From Eledone cirrhosa (lineage: Eukaryota), in the NCBI GenBank assembly GCA_964016885.1, contig OZ024742.1, forward strand, positions 241,056,001 to 241,120,000: 64,000 bases of DNA. The letters are read 5' to 3'. Below the pieces are notes generated by a model, which saw nothing but the letters and a program-made list of their open reading frames with translations, was not told the origin of the DNA and did not search any database. A program made the translations under genes and the position numbers. Below are positions 53,792 through 64,000 of this stretch, one piece after another. How positions within the stretch are numbered: the first letter of the stretch is position 1; each line of letters opens with the position of its first letter.

Positions 53792-55100
53792 TAAACAAAA
53801 CAAAAATAGATGTAAATAAATTAATAAATAAAGAATTTACAATATAGTTTATATATGTATGCATATGTAGAATGGGTTATATTTCACCAAATGTTAACCT
53901 GTTGCTTAAACACTGAAACCGTAGTGGTCGGTAATCAGATATTTCTTCATATAAATTACGGATTTACAAATTCAATTTTAGATTCATATCAACTTGAGAA
54001 ATATAAAACTCTAGTCCGTACACCATAGAAAGCAACGACAGTGAGTAATATAGATGTTAGAAATATGCGTAATCAATGAAAATTGTGTAATTTGCTGTTT
54101 AAAACTGAATTTCTTTATTAGCTTATGAAATAATTTCTTCTTAATACACAACAAATGACATTTAATTTGTGCATTATGAGAATATAATCTCGAAAATTAT
54201 TCTCTTTCATTTTATTTCTTTTATGTAATTAATATTATATTTACATTAATTATCTAATTGTTTTGATTTACTGTTTTAATAAAATTACATTTAAAATATT
54301 TGTATTTGTTTAGCGCAAGCTGTTTCGATATATTAACCGTTTGATCTGATTCTTTCTCTATCTTTCTCGGTCTCCTCTTCTTTCTCTCAATCTCTTTGAA
54401 TCTATCGTTATATTTTTGTCTCTTGTGTGTTTCTTTTGTTGCAAATTTAATCAAATATTGAACAAATCCAGAATATTTAATTTTTTTTCTATTGTTTAAC
54501 CTTAATCCTAAACTTAATTCCTTACATTACAGTATGTGAACGAAATATGCTGCTAGAATTTGAGAATTTGGGTTAGAGTAAATCTTATGCTCTGGCAGTT
54601 AACGTATTTATCTTATTTTAGTTAAAGAAAGAAGTAGTGTTTGTGGCTTGTAGAGTATCTAGTGTTGCCAGTTTAACGGTAGTGAGTTCGAATGTGTCAC
54701 AGTTTTATTAAATATGTTTAGCATTGACCAACTAAGATGGATATAATTTATCGAGATGGCACTGGTAGTGGAGTTTAGATATAGAATTAACCTGATAATT
54801 GAGAAGTTTCGTAGTTCCAGTATATCAGGGACTCCATAGCCCAATGTTAGTTCTCTATCTTGAATAGGTTTGGGTGCAATTTGAGGATTATTTGATTGTT
54901 ATTTCTGGCTTGCCAGGCAAAATCATGATATCTTCCACGCTTGACTCCAAATATATATATGTGGGGGTTGTATGTATATTTGCCTGTGTATGTACGTTGA
55001 TATATATGCATTTATACATATGTACATACATCAGCTGAAATGACTTCAGCCGGTGGCCAAAGCTGGAATATATAATTCGATTAGCTTATATACATACATA

Positions 55101-55624
55101 TGTAGCGACTAGCGCCACCTTGCCCGGGGAGAAAAAAACTAATTGGAGTTACTTCCCGTTGAATTCTAGAAGATTCCTTGAACTTCCGGTCTAGGGATTA
55201 TAAAGGAGGGAGAAAAGCGACATCTTGGCTTCTTTGGCGACGGCTCATGGACAGTTCACTCACGAGCGAGTTTGTTAACCTTATTATATCTGTATCAAAT
55301 TAAATTAGTGGTTGCCTGCAGTGGCGTTTACCAAAGTAAATAACCCTGTGACTAATTCACTAAACATATTCAAATTTAAGTTGACGAGGAGAAGAAACCA
55401 TTTCTTTGAGGAAAGAATTTCTTCGAAATTTGTTTAGTAAATTTACATTGCTTGCTAAATATGTAATTTTTAAAACTAATCAAATCACTTACTATTATAT
55501 AATGCGTGCATGAGAATAACAATTCGACGGATTTCAAGTACTGTCTGTGTTTGCACCCACAACACATCAATTAGACCTGCTAAAATAACAACCAATTAGT
55601 CCTCAGATCACAGTATAGTGTTAC

Positions 55625-55625
<1 letters not shown>
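55101..55625 (+). mobile_element. Possible solo LTR
   Basis: Starts TGTAG, contains TATAAA (about 55199) and ATTAAA, ends GTTACG (a decayed TTACA?) within TA repeats. Confidence 0.3.
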
Positions 55626-55698
<73 letters not shown>

Positions 55699-55759
55699 TT
55701 GTTATGAGAACAGATTAAAGTTTAAGCAAAGAATCGCTGCTTTCACCCTTAACGGGATC

Positions 55760-57240
55760 TTGTTTCAAAAGAATATCACAATGATAGTTGGCGCCAGCAC
55801 CCAACCTGCTTAATAAATATAACTATGGAAGGAAATCACCAGGCTGCGGAGTTTTGGAGTTAGCCGATCATCTTGAGAAGTTCAAATAAGCCCTCTCTGC
55901 TGTCCAGATCAAAGGCCTTGGCGAGGTCTATAAACATCATGCAGAGTAGCTAGCCCTGCTCTCTGCACTTCTCCTGAATCTGACGGAGAGAAACGATCAT
56001 ATCGGTTATTATGCCCGCACAGAAACCACATGGAGATTCTGCATAGACGCGATCCGCTAGCAACTGCAGCCTGTTGAGGAGGTTGCGGGCAAACACCTTT
56101 CCAATGTTGCCCAGTGAGATTCCTCTATAATTATTGCAGTCAATGCGGTCACCATTGTTTTTGTAAAGCGTCGCAATAGTGCCTCAGGCATGGCCAGAGG
56201 GACTGCAGATTGTTCCCATCAAAGGGAGAGTAGCTCATACAGTGGTTGGAGCAAGGATGGTTTTCCGTATTTGATGGCTCAGGTGGGATGTTGTCGGCAC
56301 CTTGTGCTTTGTCGGTTGGGAGAGAATTGATGGCTTTGTTGAGCTCCCTTATAGATGGTACTCTGTCTAGCTCCTGCATGATGAGCATTTCTCTTATAAC
56401 ACTGTGTATGGCGTCAGACACAGACGTTCTGCAGGAGTACAGATCTAAATAATGCTGCACCCATCTGTCCGTCGCGGTTAGTGATCTTCTCCCTCGCCAG
56501 AGATCTCAAGGGGGCGGTCCCTTTCACAGCTGAACCCTGGGTCTTCTTTATGACGTTGTTCATGCCGAGGATGTTGCCAGTCTCGGCACTACGTTGGATT
56601 TCCTCACCGAGTTGCCTCCAAGTTGCCTAGTGATGCGTTGAGTGGATCACTGAACCAATTGTGACTGGGTCGTTTCATCTTCCTAAATGTAGAGTCAACT
56701 GTAAATGGCATCCTTTATGGCGTCCCATTTCGTTGAGGCATCATTATCTGACAAGTACTCGAAAGCTTGCTTCAGGGTAGATATATTTTCTTCCACCTTG
56801 AGGAGAACAGACATCTGTGCAGTGTTAATGCGAGGGTGACACTTTTGCTTGGAGCGGTGTAGTGAGCGGGGTTGTAGGCGCACTTTTGTCTGTGTCAAAC
56901 TCTGCGCTGTGGTAGCTTTAGGTAACAAAGACACTGTTGAGAGCTGAGTGTCTGCTGATGTTCAGATCAAGTAGATGCCAGCGATGTGATCTGGGGTGCC
57001 TCCATAACACGTTGTGTTGTGGTTTGCTCTCAAAGGTGTTTGTGACACAGAAGTCATGGTATGTGCACATTTTGAGTTGTCTCTGATCATTTTCGTTGAT
57101 TTTTCCAGTGCCATGGTGTCTGAGGCAAGTAGGCTATGACACACGATCTGAACATACTCTAGCATCGAAGTCGCCCAGCAGGAATAGAGACTCATCCTGG
57201 ACAAATTCATCAAGTTTCGCGTAGAACTGGACATCAACTC
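55760..57240 (-). pseudogene. Decayed RTE (BovB-like) LINE ORF
   Basis: KAQGADNIPPE, NYRGISL, GKVFAR.LLNRL, DMIVSLRQIQEKCREQ, FIDLAKAFD. Confidence 0.75.
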
Positions 57241-57289
57241 TCTCTACATCATTATCTCTCATGATGACAGCCTCTGCGCTCTTCGACAT

Positions 57290-57920
57290 TTAGACTTACG
57301 CCCTACACCATAACCTAACGCTTCTACTCTTCTCTGGGTTGCTGAGCTCGTTATCATTCTCAATGACTTTTCCTTTTCCGGAAAGTTTTACCAACAGGCC
57401 TCTTGGGTAGCCATGGGTAACAGAATGGGCCATAACTACGCCAGCATGTTCGCTGGCTACGTTGAGGCCTTGATTTTCTCCCAGTACACTGATCCGACCC
57501 CTGAGCTATACAGTCATTACATCGACGATTGTATCGGCGCCACCCCTCTCTCCCGTGAACAGCTCGACTCCTTTCTTCCTTTCTAATCTTTTCATTTCGC
57601 CCTCTCCTTTACCACTTCCGATTCCGAAACTTCTGTACAATTTCTCGACATCACACTCTCTCTCTCTCTCTCTATCGATCACACTCGCCACACACTCTCT
57701 ACCTCTATCTTCTATAAGCCCACTGATTCCCACTCCTACCTCAACTTCCTCCCATCCCATGCACACCAAACTCTAATTACCCAACTCTCAATTCCTGTCT
57801 TCGTCGGATCTGAGGCTAGGATCAGGATTTCGGAACCCAGTCCCAAAACATGGTCTCCCGCTTCATCCAACGTGGATATCCTCACATCCTTATCCAAGCT
57901 ACCCTCATCCGCACCCGTGT
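57290..57920 (+). pseudogene. Decayed Penelope-like (Neptune/Poseidon-type) RT fragment
   Basis: LAELVIILNDFSFSGKFYQQASWVAMGNRMGHNYASMFAGYVE...YIDD...FLDI...YKPTDSHSYL. Confidence 0.7.
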
Positions 57921-57924
57921 AGAA

Positions 57925-58115
57925 ATAATTGTTTCTACATTTGGCACAAGGCCAGCAATTATCCCAGTGTATTACTGGTGCTTTATTTTATCGACCCCGT
58001 AAGGATGAAAGGCAAAGTTAACCTCGGCGGGAAATGAACTCAGACCATAAAGGGACGTAACTCTTTGCTGCAAAGCATGGCGTCCGACCCTCTACCAATA
58101 CTGCCAATTCACCGC
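57925..58115 (-). mobile_element. S1 SINE with 21-bp TSD
   Basis: ccgcacccgtgtagaaataat at 57909-57929 and 58112-58132. Confidence 0.85.
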
Positions 58116-59019
58116 ACCCGTGTAGAAATAATGTTTAGTTGAATTAAATAACACCTTTCTCTGCTCTCTGAAACCTTCGTTTGGAAAATAGAGTTAAAAT
58201 AATTGCAGTTTCGTGGGGATAATACTCATTTTGCATAAAATTTTCTAGAATTATTATTGCGAATAAAAAGTGTCAGTGGCAGAAGCTCCATAGAAAAATC
58301 GATGTTCAGTAAGAACCATAAAAAACAGAAAATGTTTTGGGGAAAATAAAAGAGAATGAACATGTTTAGTAGAAAGTGTTGTTTTCAGTAATTGAATCAA
58401 TGAATATTGATCTAGTTAGAGGATGAGGTCGCGTATGTCAACAATGAGGGAAAGAACCGTGCTTGTAATAGCAGGAAGAGTAAAACAACACTCATATTTC
58501 TTTTACTCTGTTCAAAAATGTTTAGAAGTAAAGGTCAAACGTTAAACATTTATTTCACTCCAAAATCATTTTTTCCAATTTTATCTCTCTCAGGATTCTG
58601 TATAATTTATTAAACAACAAAGGTAATTTCCGATTTTCAGTAGTATTTAAAATCATTTTGATTAATGTTTGGGTGTCTAAAACCATAGAGTAAATGCGTT
58701 ATCCATACTACTTATTTCGAATTCCATCTGTAGTCTTTTAACTTTATTACATCATCAGAGCCCATCTTCTAGGTACGGTGTTCGCAACAGTATCATTTCT
58801 CCTAGTTTATATATATTTTCAAAGATTCGACATATCTTTCTAGTTATTCCTTCCGTTTGTCCTCTGGGGCCGTGGGGTGGCCAGCACGTGGGACCCCATT
58901 TGCTCATAATACAGAAAGATGGGGAGGACAAGAGAAGATGTAGGTGATGACAGTGGGAGTTCGGCTCTTCTGTGTTCGGACCTAGTGTGCAGCGTCAGTT
59001 GTCGGTAAGGAGGTAGTGA

Positions 59020-59065
<46 letters not shown>

Positions 59066-60230
59066 TTTTATATTATATTGAAGAACAAATACCAGTAAAC
59101 TAAACTTATGAGGGTATTTTCACTGGCTAGCTGACTGAAGGAAGGAATAACTAGAGAGATATGTCGAATGTTTATATATATATTTGAATATAATAATACA
59201 TTTTTAAAGAAATTATTCTTCAACGAAATATTTCGGAAATACAGTTAGAAGACTTTTATATATTTTGCCAATAACTTTGTAGCATGCATTTCCTCACCTC
59301 CTGAATTGGTTTCATTTCTTATCCCTCACATGAGGCACTTCTATAATAATCTCATTTCTCATATATTGCTTTTATTAGTTAATCAGGAAGAGAAGGCCAG
59401 CATTGCTGACTCTTGTCGGGACCTACTCATTTGGCGAGACAAAGAGAGAAAGGCATTCTTAAACCAGAGCCCGGTTCCGATGGCAACAGAGTAACTCCGC
59501 TCATAGGAACCAGGCGGTGATGTCAAAACGGGTGATGGATTAAGTCTTCCTCTACAATTAAATCTACCGAGCTACACATTGGGAAAGCGGAGGAGTGAAA
59601 TTAATGAAATTGCTACTAGAATATGACTAGTACTTGGATTTTGTTGTTGTGTGGCTGCAGGTCTTTTTAGAGATACCCAGGTCTATATCATCTAATGTGT
59701 TCTCTTTGATAAGATATTAGTGAGTGATTTATGGGATACGTAGCTGTTATTTCTAGCAAGACTGTATAGAGGCTTCTTTAAATGATAACTTTTTCATCCA
59801 CAAGGGATGAAATGAAACCCTAGTGGTGGATTTTAACCCAAAAGTTAAATGGACACAACTGGAGTATGCAAAATTACACTTTTTTCGGCATTCTACTAAT
59901 TCTACCGACATCCGTTCCTATTTGAAGCGGCTATTTAGACTAGGTGACCCCTTTGAAATTCAACAGATTAATTAAAAACTACTGCCAAGTATTAAAGTAT
60001 TTATAAATTATATTATACACACAAATAATATAATCGTTCAAAATTTAAAAGAAATTTCGCACACACTCTCTTACTACCCACTTCCGATAAAGACTTATTA
60101 CAACGTTGGGTTAAAAAAAGACCACCACCAATCCCTTTTTCTCACATATTCTCTTACCATCTTTCCAGCGTGACTGACGTTTCACCCGAAATATACAACA
60201 ATTTTAATATAATAGATCGTTACAATATTA

Positions 60231-60492
60231 CAGACCTGCCAACGTTTAAAGCTCCAAACGGGGAGAAATGAGGCAAACTAGGGAGATTTTACATAATTGT
60301 TTCTACTTTTGGCACAAGGTCAGCAAATACCCAGTACATTACTGGTACTTTATTTTATCGACCCCGTAAGGATGAAAGGCAAAGTCAACCTCGGATGAAA
60401 GCTATACTCATTTTCACAAGAGAAGACATTTCTCACCCACCTCAAAGTGGGTGGAAGATCTCCCCGTTGGACGAGGAGAGTTGACAGGTCTG
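60231..60492. mobile_element. MITE copy 3 (ATATTA TSD), interrupted by a truncated S1 SINE at 60294-60394
   Basis: TIRs intact; ATATTA on both sides; the SINE 3' half sits inside acataATgaaag. Confidence 0.8.
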
Positions 60493-60639
60493 ATATTATC
60501 TAACCAGCAAATTACTTTGTATATCAAGAATGTATGTATTCACCTCTATGTGTATGTATAGAATCGAGAAAATCACACTGAATGTGTTCCTAATGTATTC
60601 CTTATTAAAAGACATGCAAGTGCCGTAGAGTGACATAAT

Positions 60640-60830
60640 CGTTAGAGCTACAGAAGAACTGCCGTGCAGAAGTTTCTACGATTATTTACTTTCTGAATTC
60701 AAAGTCTACCTAGATCACTTTTACTTTTCATGCTTCTAGGTTGATAAAATATAGTACCAGTCAAATAATGGTGTCAATTTAATCGACGAACACGTCTCCC
60801 AAATTGTGATCTTGAGCCAAAGATAGAAAT
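60640..60830 (+). mobile_element. Old diverged S1-related SINE
   Basis: ctgaattcaaa..tttcatgcttctaggttgataaaatatagtaccagtc..tttaatcgac..tagaaat. Confidence 0.55.
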
Positions 60831-61212
60831 ATGTATCAAAAGACACACACCCACACATACACACAATATGATACCCTTCATTAGCACAAGGCCATACATT
60901 TATAATAAATCATTGATTTTAATTATTTATAGACACTTTTATAGAATTGAATTTGCAATCGTAAGGTCGTGAGTGGTGCGCTATGTCCTTGAGCAAGACA
61001 CTTTATTTCACGTTGCTCCTTCTACCTGGAATGGCGACCGATAGATAGTATTAATACAGTTGGAAAGACCAACGGAAACATTGTTTCTTCGGTCCGATTT
61101 GACGAAAGTCGATCGACTGTCGATAGCCGCTATACACATGTAAAACAAAACAAAACAAAACAAAAAACATTAATTAAGCTTGAGGCAACATATTTAGCAC
61201 AAGTACCACCGA

Positions 61213-61408
61213 GTAATAATTGTTTCTACTTTTAGCATAAGGCCAGCAATTATCCCAGTGCATTACTGGTACTTTATTTCATCGAGCCCGTAAGGATGGA
61301 AGGAAAAGTTAACCTCGGTGAGATTAGAACTCAGATCATAAAAGGCCATATCTCTATGCTTCAAAGCATGGCGTCCGACCCTCTACAGATACTGCCAATC
61401 TACTGCCG
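61213..61408 (-). mobile_element. S1 SINE with 12-bp TSD
   Basis: ccgagtaataat at 61209-61220 and 61406-61417. Confidence 0.85.
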
Positions 61409-62995
61409 AGTAATAATGCCGAAACATTCCCGGGGTTGTCTCCCATATCTGTATAAATACTGAAAATAATAATAGTCATTGAGTTAGTGTTGTCTTTTTC
61501 TTATTGTATCAGTGTTGCTGAATGAGAATTCCAATATTACATAAATGCAGAACGGTGTATAGTCAGTTAGTTTCCCTTTCAATGCATTAGCAATATTCAT
61601 ATTGACTTCCAGAAATATGAAAACTAAAGTTGACCGACCAAGATTTTAAATTTGGATCAAATGGGACATAACTAGTGTATGGGACAACTATTTTGTCCTG
61701 CTCCTTACTAATTCCGTCACGCACAAATTTGCCTACTTGATGTAGTTTATATTAACTTGGAACATCTGATGATCGGTTCTTGCAGCCGTCATTTGAAGCA
61801 AATCCTCTCAAATCACACCATACTACATTAAATAGCTAGAACGCATTGGATAATGTAATCCTAGATATGATAAACGAGATGGCCAGAGATGGAATATCTT
61901 TCCTCATAGTTCTGGTAGATCTGGAACCAAGCAAAGTCAATGTGTACCTAGATGGAATGTTACGAGGCTACATTTATGTCCAAGAAGGGCTGGGAGGAGT
62001 GTTCAGTGGAGTGTCAGGAAAAGACACAATATGTGTAACGGGAAGAGAAAAACACAGAAGACCGAGTCTGTTTCGATGGAGACATATTTGGATAGCTAGT
62101 TTAGAAGAAAATATGTCACTGTTATAACGATAGAAGAGATAAGAGAAGACATAGCATATAAATGGGTTAGAAATTGGAAATTAAGCTTTGGCAACCATTG
62201 CAATGTCTTTTTTTATTCGGTGTATTTGTAGGAGGATATTGTGTAGCAAGAGCACTGTCCCATAAACACGATAAATACTCTAGTGTGTATCTTATTTGAG
62301 TTTTGTAGATATATAACGTTAAAGATGTGAATTATTTCTGATGTGTATTTATTGGCGTGGGCGTTGAAATGAATCTCCTTCTAAAGACCTTTAGGAAAAA
62401 GTTAACCGTGCAAATATTTAGATGTGTTTATATGCCAAGTGTAGTCAGCTCAAGGCATTTTCAATGGTATTGGTCGATAACCAGAAAAGCAAAAACAAAA
62501 TTCCTTAATGCACATCTGTGCCCAGCCTGGCCAACTATATACTACTATTATTTGGCTTGATTTGGCAGAGGTCACAACTACCTTTAATTGACTCTTTTCA
62601 CGGGCCAAATACTTTAATTGTTTAATTAATGAAAAATTAGTGCTAGTTTTTGCCTCCACTGGCTGATATCTTCCAAAGAAGCTATGCTTGTGAGCATTTC
62701 AATACAAACATAAATGTATATACACATACATGCACACACGCACACACACTCACACAAATACAAACGCCTACACGCATATATTTATATATATAATAAAAGG
62801 TTGTAGTTTGCTTGAAGCATTGCATATAATATATAACGTTGAAAGAGATAGAAGGCTAAACAATGCAAAATGAACTGTAAGATGAGGTAACGAACAGTAA
62901 CAGTTACCTGGTAATCTTTGTTTTGTTTTGTTGTTGTTGTTCCAATTTCGTGACCTTAAAAGTCCCTTAATCAGGATTTAAGGAACCTTCAGTGG

Positions 62996-63050
<55 letters not shown>

Positions 63051-63437
63051 TCCACAGTATTGTGTTTGTAAGCATTTCTACTAAGACAAAATTGTACGAA
63101 CATATTCAAAATACGACATCTTGGCTTGAGTAAATATATAACATTACTCAGAGATGCCTAATGAGAGGCACTCCTCGGGGAAAGACGGTTAGTGGTGAGA
63201 GACCAGTTGATAGGAAAATATAGAGTAATTCTCAAAATACAATTCAAGGACACCAAAATCAGAATAAACGACTTGGTGCATTATAAATACGGAGAATATA
63301 CGGATTTATGGATACGAAAAGTTTAAAGATAAAGCGAACATTGACTGGAATTGGTTGCCGAATGTAGAAGTGCGAATTATAGGTAAAGTCCAGCCAACAG
63401 TCATCCAAAAAGTTTCTGTTCTCCAAATTTCACTTAA

Positions 63438-63760
63438 AACCCCCTTCAGTCACGAATGACCATGGTATTTGCACCTACAAAGTTTCCCTCCGAGGCACAA
63501 GTCGGGGCAAGGTTGTTTATGGTAGACTAGCAGTCATTCATGCATGCCAGCCTCCCCTCTCCACGCCACCGATGATGTCGAAGGAAAAGGCAATGGCCAA
63601 TACACCTTGGCACCAGTGACGTCGCAACTCATTTCTACAGCTGAGTAAACTGGAGCAAGGTGAAATAAATTGTCTTGCTTAAGGACACAACGCATCACCC
63701 GGTCCGAGAATAGAACTCACAACCTTTCGTTTGCAAACCCAATGCTCTAACCACTAACTC
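63438..63760 (-). mobile_element. Second tRNA-derived SINE family (S2)
   Basis: Minus strand AGTTAGTGGTTAGAGC (A box), GAGTTCTATTC (B box), then TGTGTCCTT.AGCAAGACA.TTTATTTCAC central motif, also present as a fragment at 60955-61020. Confidence 0.65.
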
Positions 63761-64000
63761 CAAATTTCCCTTAAAGTGACACGCCCAAGATACCACGCAG
63801 TGAGACCGAACCCGAAGCCCCATTGTCAATATAAAACAACAAAGAACAAATTAAATATAATCTTGATTTCTGACACCGGCACAAGATCAGACGTTTGCCT
63901 GGGATAATATTTCTGATTAAATCTAACATCCAGTATAATGTTCGTCATGTTGTTTTGATCGAGAACAATGAGACAAAATTTCGATCCCGGTGATATTCGG

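Noticed and set aside
61846-62127. 93-aa ORF
   Set aside because: Non-ATG start; the end resembles a decayed RTE-type C-terminus (GR...RRP...RWR), so it is more likely a TE relic.

Overview
AT-rich eukaryotic DNA with no recognisable host gene. The repeat landscape (huge TA/CA/TATG microsatellite tracts, tRNA-derived SINEs) is most consistent with a cephalopod (octopus-like) genome, which is an inference. The window is a transposon graveyard. It holds three Tx1/L1-type LINEs (one ORF1 open to the window edge, two decayed near-full-length copies arranged head to head), an R4/Dong-like RT, RTE-, CR1-, Hero- and CRE-like remnants, a Helitron 3' end, a 3-copy MITE with 6-bp TSDs and more than 12 SINE copies. 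The most striking layer is hidden inside the TA microsatellites: a Penelope-like element (RT + GIY-YIG) whose microsatellite-filled 3' region is copied in inverted orientation at its 5' end, a second Penelope nested in it, and many small hairpin or inverted-repeat elements carrying complete or half type I hammerhead ribozymes. Most ORFs in the supplied track are microsatellite translation artefacts.
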